Positions 7,472 through 15,359 are shown, numbered from the stretch's first letter. The stretch: DNA of 35,937 nucleotides from a virus (IMGVR_UViG_2778261229_000003:1-35937), one strand, 5' to 3'. The notes: generated by a model not told the origin, from the sequence alone. Numbers and translations are program-made.

Positions 7472-8440
7472 TTAGTAGGTTATTTTTGTTGCGAATACTT
7501 CGCCTTTTACGATGGCTGTTATGATATTTTTAGCAACATCTTCTGATGCGCCAACCTTGATAAGGTCAGCAAGTATTTTGTTATTTACTTCTTTCCGGTG
7601 AGCTTTATCCTTTGCTCTACGCTCTTCTTCGTCCTTGATTCTTTTTTCTTCTGCTATTCTGGCTTGCTCTTTTGCTTCAGCCTCGCGCCGGATTCGTTCT
7701 GCCTCCTCCTGTGCTTTACGGCGTTCTGCTTCAATTGCCGCATGCTTTTCTCTTTCAGTTCGTTCTGCTGCCTCTTTTGCTTCGCGCTGTGCTCGTTGCT
7801 CGGCTTCAATGCGTTCACGCTCTGCACGTTCCGCTGCGGCCTTAGCTTCTGCTTCTCGCCTTGCTGCTGCTTCAATTTCGGCTTTTGCCTTTGCTTCGGC
7901 TTCTGCTCTGGCTTTCTCTTCAGCTTCTCTTTTTAAGCGTTCTTCATGCTCTCGCTTTTCCTGCTCCGCTTTGAGTCTTTCCTCTTCTCTTTGGCGGTCA
8001 AATTCGCGATCCATCAAAATCGCTATTTCATGGTCAGACTCAATTTGCTTTGCGAGAGCTTCAGCTGCTGCCTTAGCTTCTTCTTCGGCTTTAATCCGCG
8101 CCTGTTCTTCCTCATAATCAGTAAGAGGCTGGCGCGCCTTGGCTTTCAGTTCATCAAGGCGATCGCGCACTGTCTTGCGGTTGGCATCAATTAGCTTTGG
8201 AATTTCCTTAAGTTCAGCAACAAGGTCTTTGCCAAGACCATCGAGATATGTTTTCGTCTGCGCAACTTTATACGCCAGAGAAGCGATCTCCTTTCTGCCC
8301 TTTGCCGTTGTGATATCAGGCACAAAGGACATAACTTCACGTTCAACCTTTTGAAGGATTTCTTCAATCTGGTCGGCAGACTGAAATACAGTCATTGCAT
8401 TTGCTTTTTCAATAACAACTAAATCTGTTACTTCACTCAT
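7472..8440 (-). CDS. ER/K-rich charged-repeat protein (predicted single alpha-helix / coiled coil), unknown function
   Basis: Track ORF 7472-8494; start refined to ATG 8440 (MSEVTDLV) with GGAGG RBS; central ~170 aa of A/E/K/R repeats (EAEAKAKAEIEAAARREAEAK...). Confidence 0.6.
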   Translation of the reverse strand: MSEVTDLVVIEKANAMTVFQSADQIEEILQKVEREVMSFVPDITTAKGRKEIASLAYKVAQTKTYLDGLGKDLVAELKEIPKLIDANRKTVRDRLDELKAKARQPLTDYEEEQARIKAEEEAKAAAEALAKQIESDHEIAILMDREFDRQREEERLKAEQEKREHEERLKREAEEKARAEAEAKAKAEIEAAARREAEAKAAAERAERERIEAEQRAQREAKEAAERTEREKHAAIEAERRKAQEEAERIRREAEAKEQARIAEEKRIKDEEERRAKDKAHRKEVNNKILADLIKVGASEDVAKNIITAIVKGEVFATKITY

Positions 8441-8452
8441 ATATCCTCCGTT

Positions 8453-8479
8453 AAAAAAATCGCCCTCACATTGGAGGGC
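8453..8479 (-). terminator. tL1-like rho-independent terminator (minus strand)
   Basis: Minus-strand hairpin GCCCTC-CAATGT-GAGGGC followed by GATTTTTTT, immediately upstream of the RBS of the ER/K-rich gene. Confidence 0.5.
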
Positions 8480-8541
8480 AAAGAAGATTTCCAATAATCA
8501 GAACAAGTCGGCTCCTGTTTAGTTACGAGCGACATTGCTCC

Positions 8542-8569
8542 GTGTATTCACTCGTTGGAATGAATACAC
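8542..8569. repeat. Perfect 9-bp inverted repeat with 10-nt spacer
   Basis: gtgtattca-ctcgttggaa-tgaatacac in the intergenic region between the membrane-protein gene and the ER/K-rich gene. Confidence 0.6.
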
Positions 8570-8596
8570 AGTGCAGTATTTATTCTGTTGTTTATG

Positions 8597-8624
8597 CTAA
8601 AAATAAAGGCCTACTATGCGGCCT
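8597..8624 (-). terminator. Rho-independent terminator (minus strand) after the membrane-protein gene
   Basis: Minus-strand hairpin AGGCC-GCATAGTA-GGCCT followed by TTTATTTTTAG, 5 nt after the stop at 8629. Confidence 0.45.
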
Positions 8625-8628
8625 GAAA

Positions 8629-9078
8629 TTACTTAACCAATGATGCTGCATATTCGATAAGGTAAAGCTTTGGGGCCAGCCAAATTTTTAACCAAGTCAT
8701 ATTGGTTACTACACCAATAATAAAAATCCCCCACAGAGTCAAAACTCCAACCAATGGCATGATAAGAAGATTAATATCACCTTTGCTATCCCAAACCATT
8801 GTCGGCCTGTATTTGGCATTTCCTTTCTCCCATGAATATCCTTCATCACCGATTTTACCTGTCTCAACTCTTTGGCACTGCTTCTTCATAAACCAGAAAA
8901 CTAGTGGGATTGTTAGAATGGCCATTAATGTTTTAATCAGACTGTCAACCATATTCCATAGCAGCAACTGATGAACAACATCAGGAATCTGTGCCTGGCT
9001 AAATGAAACAGCCGCGTCTATTCCATTGCTGGCTTTTTGCAGTAGTTCTACGAGAATCTTGTTTGCTTGTTCTTCCAT
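8629..9078 (-). CDS. Membrane protein at the SieB position (candidate superinfection exclusion)
   Basis: 149-aa ORF with 2-3 predicted hydrophobic helices (LMAILTIPLVFWFM; LLIMPLVGVLTLWGIFIIGVV); directly downstream of N and upstream of terminators. Confidence 0.4.
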   Translation of the reverse strand: MEEQANKILVELLQKASNGIDAAVSFSQAQIPDVVHQLLLWNMVDSLIKTLMAILTIPLVFWFMKKQCQRVETGKIGDEGYSWEKGNAKYRPTMVWDSKGDINLLIMPLVGVLTLWGIFIIGVVTNMTWLKIWLAPKLYLIEYAASLVK

Positions 9079-9086
9079 ATATCACC

Positions 9087-9413
9087 TCAAATAAGTGGTT
9101 TGCTGCCTAATTTCATTTTCTGGCGCCCAACACAAGTCACACCCATTTCGCTGCGTGGCTTGCTGTACCATGTGCGCTGATTCTTTCGCTGAATACGTTG
9201 CAGGTTGCTTTCAATCTGTTCGTGGTATTCAGCCAGCACTGTAAGGTCTATTGGATTCAGTGCGCTTTCTACTCGTGATTTCGGTTTGCGATTCAGCGAG
9301 AGAATAGGGCGGTTAACTGGTTTTGCGCTTACCCCAACCAACAGTGGATTTGCTGCTTTCCATTGAGCCTGTTTCTCTGCGCGACGTTCGCGGCGGCGTG
9401 TTTGTGCATCCAT
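9087..9413 (-). CDS. N: Antitermination protein N
   Basis: Start refined to MDAQTRRRERRAEKQAQWKAANPLLVG... which matches lambda N nearly residue-for-residue (from memory); arginine-rich boxB-binding motif. Confidence 0.9.
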   Translation of the reverse strand: MDAQTRRRERRAEKQAQWKAANPLLVGVSAKPVNRPILSLNRKPKSRVESALNPIDLTVLAEYHEQIESNLQRIQRKNQRTWYSKPRSEMGVTCVGRQKMKLGSKPLI

Positions 9414-9571
9414 CTGGATTCTCCTGTCAGTTAGCTTTGGTTGTGTGTGGGAGTCGTAGTCCTGAACGAAAACACCCCGCGATTGGCACATTGGCAGCTA
9501 ATCCGGATTCGCACTTCCGGCCAATGCTTCGTTTCGTATCACACACACCAAAGCCTTCTGCTTTGAATGCT

Positions 9572-9602
9572 GCCCTTCTTCAGGGCTTAATTTTTAAGAG
9601 CA
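9572..9602 (-). promoter_or_regulatory. nutL: nutL (boxA + boxB)
   Basis: Minus strand reads GCTCTTAAAAATTAAGCCCTGAAGAAGGGC, i.e. boxA-like GCTCTTA and boxB hairpin GCCCTGAAGAAGGGC identical to lambda nutL. Confidence 0.85.
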
Positions 9603-9635
9603 TCACCTTCATGGTGGTTAGTGCGTCCTGCTGAT

Positions 9636-9726
9636 GGCTTAAAATATACCTACAGGTAAAAGTGTTGTCTATACCTGCAGGTAAATAAAATTGGTGTCAG
9701 AGTTTACCTGTTTGAATTTTCAGGTA
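9636..9726 (-). promoter_or_regulatory. pL promoter with oL operators
   Basis: Leader ATCAGCAGGACGCACT as in lambda pL transcript; operators tacctacaggta (9647-9658), tacctgcaggta (9672-9683) and TACCTG-N10-CAGGTA (9705-9726); candidate -10 TATATT. Confidence 0.6.
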
Positions 9727-9744
9727 ATTAATTTTTTGGATTGA

Positions 9745-9770
9745 TATAAAAAAGCCCGCTTTGCGGGCTG
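9745..9770 (-). terminator. Rho-independent terminator of the cI operon (minus strand)
   Basis: Minus-strand hairpin AGCCCGC-AAA-GCGGGCT followed by TTTTTTATAT, 11 nt after the stop at 9781. Confidence 0.6.
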
Positions 9771-9780
9771 AAAGGAGATG

Positions 9781-10077
9781 TCAGAAGCTATTTGGATTGC
9801 TTGGCCATTGCGGCAATTTTGATTCTACCGGGGTGTGTTTGGGTTTGAGTCCGTTTAAGTAGTCAAGACGCTCAATGGCGCATTTATACATAGCAATCTG
9901 ATCTGATGACATGTCGTCATATGACATGCCTTTGAACTTCTTAATTATCGTTTCTGCCTCATGTATAAGATGCTTCTTCTTCATGAGTTCAGCTGTATGC
10001 TTAGAGCTTACAGGAGATAACTTTGCCCATATGAAGCAGATGATTACAACAGCGACCACTATACCTGGTATAAACAT
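9781..10077 (-). CDS. Small single-pass membrane protein co-transcribed with cI (rex-position moron)
   Basis: Track ORF 9781-10095 (TTG); first ATG at 10077 gives MFIPGIVVAVVIICFIWAKL (N-terminal TM helix) + ~75-aa soluble domain; GAGGA overlaps cI stop. Confidence 0.5.
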   Translation of the reverse strand: MFIPGIVVAVVIICFIWAKLSPVSSKHTAELMKKKHLIHEAETIIKKFKGMSYDDMSSDQIAMYKCAIERLDYLNGLKPKHTPVESKLPQWPSNPNSF

Positions 10078-10091
10078 TTGCTGCTTTATCC

Positions 10092-10778
10092 TCAAAATTT
10101 TGGCAGATCGTCCTGGTCTACGTACCTAGTGTGTTTCACAATAGCTGAAACAAAATGCATTTTATCAACTTCTTCAACAGGAAGAGTGATTGGACGGTGA
10201 TCGCTGTTTATACTACTAAACTGATAGTCTCCGTCTCTTGTTTTGTTCATGATCTTTATCATGTTATGACCATCTTTGGTCCTTACAAAGACTTCATCAC
10301 CTGGATGTACTGGCGTATTTGGTTCAATAACAACATATTCTCCTGACTGAATCCTTGGCCACATGCTGTCACCCTTAACCTTCAGACCGTAAGCATCTTT
10401 ATCGCCACTGTAGATGCTTAACCAACCGGATCTGAATTCAATCATATCCACTGAGCCATCAACTCCCAAAACGGCTTCACCAATTACCGGAACAAAACCC
10501 GCACGAACGTTACCCGCAAACTCAAGATGGTCTGCAGATCCAACTTTGCTATCTGCAAGCATGTCCATCCATCCGCGTGGGAGATTAAAAGATTTTTCAA
10601 TTAGTTCCATCATATCGTCAGCAATGCGTTTTTTTCCGCTTTTTCCTTCCGGATACAGCATTCTGGAAACGTATGATGGTTCCCTTTCTATTCGACGAGC
10701 CAACTCTGAGGCCTTTCCATTACAGAATCGGTCTCTTATCTCTATCAGCCTTAGTCGTCTTTGTTCGTATTTATCCAT
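10092..10778 (-). CDS. cI: CI-type repressor (HTH + S24 LexA-like peptidase domain)
   Basis: 228-aa ORF; C-terminal domain with AG cleavage-site candidate (VRAGFVP), catalytic Ser in GDSMWP and downstream Lys; divergent from cro across an operator region. Confidence 0.85.
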   Translation of the reverse strand: MDKYEQRRLRLIEIRDRFCNGKASELARRIEREPSYVSRMLYPEGKSGKKRIADDMMELIEKSFNLPRGWMDMLADSKVGSADHLEFAGNVRAGFVPVIGEAVLGVDGSVDMIEFRSGWLSIYSGDKDAYGLKVKGDSMWPRIQSGEYVVIEPNTPVHPGDEVFVRTKDGHNMIKIMNKTRDGDYQFSSINSDHRPITLPVEEVDKMHFVSAIVKHTRYVDQDDLPKF

Positions 10779-10798
10779 GATTTAATTCTATCTTTGAT

Positions 10799-10860
10799 TA
10801 CCTATCGGTAAATAACCTGTGGGTATTGATTTGTTTTTTACCTGCAGGTAAACTCACCTT
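10799..10860. promoter_or_regulatory. oR operators with divergent pRM/pR promoters
   Basis: Operators tacctatcggta (10799-10810), acctgtgggta (about 10814-10825) and tacctgcaggta (10839-10850); pR candidate -35 TTGATT (10826-10831), 17-bp spacer, -10 TAAACT. Confidence 0.6.
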
Positions 10861-10886
10861 ATTCAACAACGGGAAGGAGATAGCAA

Positions 10887-11117
10887 ATGGAAGAACTCCG
10901 CTTGTATCTGAACTCCCTTTCACTGGAAGAGCAGAGAGAATTTGCCACCAAGTGCGGAACTTCTATCGGCTATTTGAGGAAAGCACTTAGCCGTAATCAT
11001 GAATTGGGCGCAGCACTTTGTGTTCTGATTGAGAAGTTCAGCAATGGTGAAGTGACTCGCAAAGACCTTCATCCGGTTGATTGGGAAAGCATCTGGCCTG
11101 AATTAATGGCTGCTTAA
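10887..11117 (+). CDS. cro: Cro-like HTH repressor
   Basis: 76-aa ORF, first rightward gene after oR, GGAAGGAGA RBS; HTH segment EQREFATKCGTSIGYLRKAL. Confidence 0.7.
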   Translation: MEELRLYLNSLSLEEQREFATKCGTSIGYLRKALSRNHELGAALCVLIEKFSNGEVTRKDLHPVDWESIWPELMAA

Positions 11118-11125
11118 GTTATCAA

Positions 11126-11157
11126 CGCTCTTACACATTCCAGCCCTGAAAAAGGGC
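11126..11157 (+). promoter_or_regulatory. nutR: nutR (boxA + boxB)
   Basis: CGCTCTTAC (boxA) followed by GCCCTGAAAAAGGGC (boxB), identical to lambda nutR. Confidence 0.85.
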
Positions 11158-11170
11158 ATCAAATTAAACC

Positions 11171-11199
11171 ACACCTATGGTGTATGCATTTATTTGCAT
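11171..11199 (+). terminator. tR1-like terminator region
   Basis: Hairpin ACACC-TAT-GGTGT followed by ATGCATTTATTTGC between nutR and cII, as in lambda tR1 region. Confidence 0.4.
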
Positions 11200-11236
11200 A
11201 CATTCAATCAATTGTTATCTAAGGAAATACTTACAT

Positions 11237-11530
11237 ATGGTTCGTGCAAACAAACGCAACGAGGCTCTACGAATCGAGAGTGCGTTGCTTAACAAAATCG
11301 CAATGCTTGGAACTGAGAAGACAGCGGAAGCTGTGGGAGTTGATAAGTCGCAGATCAGCAGGTGGAAGAGGGATTGGATTCCAAAGTTCTCAATGCTGCT
11401 TGCTGTTCTTGAATGGGGCGTCGTTGACGACGATATGGCTCGATTGGCACGACAAGTTGCTTCGATTCTCACCAATAAAAAACGCCCGGCGGCAACCGAG
11501 CGTTCTGATCAAATACAAATGGAATTTTAA
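11237..11530 (+). CDS. cII: Transcriptional activator CII
   Basis: Start refined to MVRANKRNEALRIESALLNKIAMLGTEKTAEAVGVDKSQISRWKRDWIPKF..., matching lambda CII from memory. Confidence 0.9.
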   Translation: MVRANKRNEALRIESALLNKIAMLGTEKTAEAVGVDKSQISRWKRDWIPKFSMLLAVLEWGVVDDDMARLARQVASILTNKKRPAATERSDQIQMEF

Positions 11531-11552
11531 CAACATCCAGCGAGGTAATTAT

Positions 11553-11825
11553 ATGCGAAACAAAGGCTTTAATCCACCTGATACACACAAAGAAGCTAAG
11601 CGTTTGCGCTTCCTTCGTTCAATTGATGAAAGAACTCAAATCTCTTTTGTGAAAGTTGCCAGAACTGAGCTTCTGAAGGCTGAGGCGAGGGCGTTGCTCT
11701 CGTCTCTACCAAAAGAGGAGGGATATACGTTCATTCCAAACGCATTTCTGGAAAAGCTTCTCAAAGAAGACATATCCGTAAGTCAGTTTAACGATGTTCT
11801 TAAGGTCTTTCGTCAAGGCAGGTAG
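11553..11825 (+). CDS. Hypothetical protein (90 aa) between cII and O
   Basis: ORF starting MRNKGFNPPDTHKEAKRLRF with GAGGT RBS; occupies the second half of track ORF 11244-11825. Confidence 0.5.
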   Translation: MRNKGFNPPDTHKEAKRLRFLRSIDERTQISFVKVARTELLKAEARALLSSLPKEEGYTFIPNAFLEKLLKEDISVSQFNDVLKVFRQGR

Positions 11826-11827
11826 TT

Positions 11828-12775
11828 ATGAGCAATACAGCAAAAATCTACGATTTCAGCGCCGCACACGAGCGCAGGAGCAACAGGATGGAGAACCAGA
11901 AAACTGGTTACATTCCGTTGTACCGGAGCATTCTGAAACAGTCATGGGCGAAAGATGTTTATCTTCGCACCCTGTGGGAAAACCTTCTCCTGAATGCTGC
12001 CAGAAAGCCATACAAAGCGAATTTCAAAGGTCATGAATGGCATCTGCAACCCGGTCAACTGGTTGTGACAGCAGTTGATTTAGGTCTTCAGTTATGCGAC
12101 AGGCATGGCAAGCCGGCAAGCCGTGATCAGGTTGAGCGGATGCTTCAGGTTTTTGTGAAAGAGGGGATGATCTCCATTGATGGAGAGAAGCAAAAAGGTC
12201 GTGTGATCACCATCACAAATCACCATGAATATGCTCAAAAAATGGACGATTCACCCGCACATGAAGCCGCACAAACAACCGCACATGAAGCCGCACATGA
12301 TGAAGCCAGTAATGGTGCGGCTTTCAGCGTACATGCCACACATGAAAGCGCACATGAAGCCGCACAAACAACCGCACATCATGAACAAGAAGGTATTAAC
12401 AAGAATATAAATAATACCCCCCTACCCCCCAATGGGGGAGGCGATAGGCAGGTTAAACCTGAACGTCGCAAGGCAGAACGAATCGACTACGAATCCTTCC
12501 TGAACGCCTACAACACCGAAGTCGGTGACAGACTTCCACACGCTGTTGCGGTCAACGAGAAACGCAAACGTCGCTTGAAGAAAATCATCCCGCAACTGAA
12601 AACGCCAAACGTGGACGGTTTCAGAGCGTATGTCAGGGCGTTTGTGCATCAGGCCAAGCCGTTTTACTTCGGAGACAACGACACTGGTTGGACGGCCGAT
12701 TTTGATTACCTGCTGAGGGAAGATTCGTTAACGGGAGTACGGGAAGGGAAGTTTGCAGACAGGGGGATTGCATGA
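11828..12775 (+). CDS. Replication initiator (lambda O-like N-terminus) with repeat-containing linker
   Basis: 315-aa ORF; N-terminus [10 protein letters not shown] resembles lambda O (MTNTAKILNF); central His/Ala/Glu-rich repeats; ATGA-coupled to downstream helicase. Confidence 0.65.
   Translation: MSNTAKIYDFSAAHERRSNRMENQKTGYIPLYRSILKQSWAKDVYLRTLWENLLLNAARKPYKANFKGHEWHLQPGQLVVTAVDLGLQLCDRHGKPASRDQVERMLQVFVKEGMISIDGEKQKGRVITITNHHEYAQKMDDSPAHEAAQTTAHEAAHDEASNGAAFSVHATHESAHEAAQTTAHHEQEGINKNINNTPLPPNGGGDRQVKPERRKAERIDYESFLNAYNTEVGDRLPHAVAVNEKRKRRLKKIIPQLKTPNVDGFRAYVRAFVHQAKPFYFGDNDTGWTADFDYLLREDSLTGVREGKFADRGIA
12255..12430 (+). repeat. Iteron-like direct repeats plus AT-rich tract (candidate replication origin inside the O-like gene)
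   Basis: About 31-bp repeat cgcacatgaagccgcacaaacaaccgcacat at 12256 and 12349, shorter ccgcacatga units between, followed by ggtattaacaagaatataaataata and a C-rich tract. Confidence 0.5.
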
Positions 12776-14148
12776 GACAGGATATCGAAGCGAGCGTTAT
12801 CGGTGGCCTGCTGATTGGTGGATTAACACCAACCGCCAGCGACGTTCTGGCAACGCTTGAGCCAGAAGCGTTTTCAATTCCGCTCTACCGGAAAGCCTTC
12901 GAGGTTATCCGCAAGCAGGCGCGAAACAGAAATTTAATCGACGCACTGATGGTTGCCGAGGCGTGCGGAGAGGAGCATTTCACGTCAATCCTGATGACCA
13001 GCAAAAACTGCCCGAGTGCCGCAAACCTGAAGGGATATGCCGGAATGGTCGCGGATAACTATCACCGCCGTCTGGTGCTGGAAATCATGGATGAAATGCG
13101 TGAACCAATTCAGAGCGGAACCATCGATACATCGAGTCAGGCGATGGACGAGCTTGTAAAGCGTCTTTCAGCTATCAGAAAGCCCCGTGACGAGGTTAAA
13201 CCTGTACGGTTAGGGGAAATCATCACCGACTACACTGACACGCTTGACAGGCGTCTGAGGAACGGAGAAGAGTCAGATACCCTGAAGACCGGAATCGAAG
13301 AACTTGACGCTATCACCGGAGGGATGAACGCTGAAGACCTGGTGATTATCGCCGCTCGTCCTGGTATGGGGAAAACCGAACTGGCGCTAAAGATTGCCGA
13401 AGGTGTTGCAAGCCGCGTTATTCCTGGTTCTGACGTCCGGCGCGGAGTATTGATTTTCTCGATGGAAATGAGCGCATTGCAGATTGCAGAGCGGAGCATT
13501 GCCAACGCCGGGAGGATGTCGGTTAGCGTGCTGCGAAATCCTGCATCGATGGATGACGAGGGCTGGGCACGTGTTGCTAACGGCATGAGTCAGCTTGCGG
13601 ATTTGGATGTATGGGTAGTCGATGCCTCGCGGTTATCGGTCGAAGAAATACGCTCAATCGCAGAACGGCACAAACAGGAAAATCCAAACCTGTCACTCAT
13701 CATGGCGGATTATCTTGGCCTGATTGAGAAGCCGAAAGCAGACCGCAACGACCTTGCAATTGCTCACATCTCCGGAAGCCTGAAGGCGATAGCGAAAGAC
13801 CTGAAAACGCCTGTTATCTCCCTGAGTCAGCTTTCGCGCGATGTTGAGAAGCGACCAAACAAACGCCCGACAAACGCAGATTTGCGTGATTCAGGAAGCA
13901 TTGAGCAGGACGCAGACTCAATCATCATGCTCTATCGGGAAGCGGTATATGACGAGAACAGTAGCGCCGCGCCATTTGCTGAAATCATTGTGACGAAAAA
14001 CCGTTTTGGCTCACTTGGTACGGTTTACCAGCGGTTCTGCAACGGACACTTTGTTGCATGTGATCAGGATGAAGCCAGACAGATTTGCACAGCATCAAAT
14101 GCACCTGCTGCGCGTGGCAGACGATATGCACAAGGGGCTGACGTATGA
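12772..14148 (+). CDS. Replicative DNA helicase, DnaB family
   Basis: 458-aa ORF with Walker [14 protein letters not shown], Walker B/arginine-finger region ([23 protein letters not shown]) and DnaB-like N-terminal domain. Confidence 0.85.
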   Translation: MRQDIEASVIGGLLIGGLTPTASDVLATLEPEAFSIPLYRKAFEVIRKQARNRNLIDALMVAEACGEEHFTSILMTSKNCPSAANLKGYAGMVADNYHRRLVLEIMDEMREPIQSGTIDTSSQAMDELVKRLSAIRKPRDEVKPVRLGEIITDYTDTLDRRLRNGEESDTLKTGIEELDAITGGMNAEDLVIIAARPGMGKTELALKIAEGVASRVIPGSDVRRGVLIFSMEMSALQIAERSIANAGRMSVSVLRNPASMDDEGWARVANGMSQLADLDVWVVDASRLSVEEIRSIAERHKQENPNLSLIMADYLGLIEKPKADRNDLAIAHISGSLKAIAKDLKTPVISLSQLSRDVEKRPNKRPTNADLRDSGSIEQDADSIIMLYREAVYDENSSAAPFAEIIVTKNRFGSLGTVYQRFCNGHFVACDQDEARQICTASNAPAARGRRYAQGADV

Positions 14149-14173
14149 CCATCTACATTACTGAGCTAATAAC

Positions 14174-14206
14174 AGGCCTGCTGGTAATCGCAGGCCTTTT
14201 TATTTG
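14174..14206 (+). terminator. tR2-like rho-independent terminator
   Basis: Hairpin AGGCCTGC-TGGTAATC-GCAGGCCT followed by TTTTTATTT, between helicase gene and ninB. Confidence 0.7.
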
Positions 14207-14221
14207 GGGGAGAGGGAAGTC

Positions 14222-14662
14222 ATGAAAAAACTAACCTTTGAAATTCGATCTCCAGCACATCAGCAAAACGCTATTCACGCAGTACAGCAAATCCTTCCAG
14301 ACCCAACCAAACCAATCGTAGTAACCATTCAGGAACGCAACCGCAGCTTAGACCAAAACAGGAAGCTATGGGCCTGCTTAGGTGACGTCTCTCGTCAGGT
14401 TGAATGGCATGGTCGCTGGCTGGATGCAGAAAGCTGGAAGTGTGTGTTTACCGCAGCATTAAAGCAGCAGGACGTTGTTCCTAACCTTGCCGGGAATGGC
14501 TTTGTGGTAATAGGCCAGTCAACCAGCAGGATGCGTGTAGGCGAATTTGCGGAGCTATTAGAGCTTATACAGGCATTCGGTACAGAGCGTGGCGTTAAGT
14601 GGTCAGACGAAGCGAGACTGGCTCTGGAGTGGAAAGCGAGATGGGGAGATCGGGCTGCATGA
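14222..14662 (+). CDS. ninB: Recombination protein NinB
   Basis: Start refined to MKKLTFEIRSPAHQQNAIHAVQQILPDPTKP..., matching lambda NinB from memory. Confidence 0.85.
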   Translation: MKKLTFEIRSPAHQQNAIHAVQQILPDPTKPIVVTIQERNRSLDQNRKLWACLGDVSRQVEWHGRWLDAESWKCVFTAALKQQDVVPNLAGNGFVVIGQSTSRMRVGEFAELLELIQAFGTERGVKWSDEARLALEWKARWGDRAA

Positions 14663-15186
14663 CTATCAAATCAAATACGCCAGCACACGACAAGGACTGC
14701 TGGCAAACGCCGCTTTGGCTTTTTGATGCACTGGATATTGAGTTTGGATTCTGGCTGGATTCGGCAGCGAGCGACAAAAATGCTCTGTGTGCTCACTGGC
14801 TAACTGAGGCCGACGACGCGCTCAATTCTGAGTGGGTAAGCCACGGTGCAATCTGGAATAACCCACCGTACAGCAATATCAGGCCGTGGGTGGAAAAAGC
14901 CGCTGAGCAGTGCATTCATCAGCGCCAGACGGTAGTGATGCTTGTGCCAGAGGATATGTCTGTCGGATGGTTCAGCAAGGCTCTGGAGAGTGTCGACGAA
15001 GTTCGCATTATCACTGATGGACGGATTAATTTTATCGAACCATCGACGGGGCTGGAGAAGAAGGGAAACAGTAAAGGCTCCATGCTGCTGATTTGGCGAC
15101 CGTTCATCAGTCCTCGGCGGATGTTTACTACCGTATCCAAAGCGGCATTGATGGCGATCGGGCAGGGCGTCAGGAGGGCGGCATGA
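14659..15186 (+). CDS. dam: Phage DNA N6-adenine methyltransferase (Dam-type)
   Basis: Start refined to [22 protein letters not shown]; catalytic NPPY motif in [10 protein letters not shown]; ATGA overlaps with ninB and ninE. Confidence 0.75.
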   Translation: MTIKSNTPAHDKDCWQTPLWLFDALDIEFGFWLDSAASDKNALCAHWLTEADDALNSEWVSHGAIWNNPPYSNIRPWVEKAAEQCIHQRQTVVMLVPEDMSVGWFSKALESVDEVRIITDGRINFIEPSTGLEKKGNSKGSMLLIWRPFISPRRMFTTVSKAALMAIGQGVRRAA

Positions 15187-15359
15187 GGCGACAGCGACGA
15201 AGCATCACCGACATAATCTGCGAAAACTGCAAATACCTTCCAACGAAACGCTCCAGAAATAAACGCAAGCCAATCCCAAAAGAATCTGACGTAAAAACCT
15301 TCAACTACACGGCTCACCTGTGGGATATCCGGTGGCTAAGACATCGTGCGAGGAAATGA
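15183..15359 (+). CDS. ninE: NinE protein
   Basis: Start refined to [30 protein letters not shown]..., matching lambda NinE from memory. Confidence 0.8.
   Translation: MRRQRRSITDIICENCKYLPTKRSRNKRKPIPKESDVKTFNYTAHLWDIRWLRHRARK

Noticed and set aside
7620-7990. Short nucleotide repeats resembling a repeat array (possible CRISPR-like pattern)
   Set aside because: Repeats are irregular in length and spacing, lie entirely within a coding sequence and reflect amino-acid repeats; no repeat-spacer structure.
7598-8354. Multiple overlapping ORFs on both strands (for example 7598-7936, 7635-8117, 7654-7875) inside the ER/K-rich gene
   Set aside because: Artefacts of the repetitive GC-rich codon repeats; they lack RBS and produce low-complexity Cys/Phe/Ser or Ala/Ser-rich translations.
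12225-12410. 61-aa His/Pro/Lys-rich ORF ([24 protein letters not shown]...) in an alternative frame
   Set aside because: Lies wholly inside the O-like gene across the iteron repeats; repetitive translation is a by-product of the DNA repeats.
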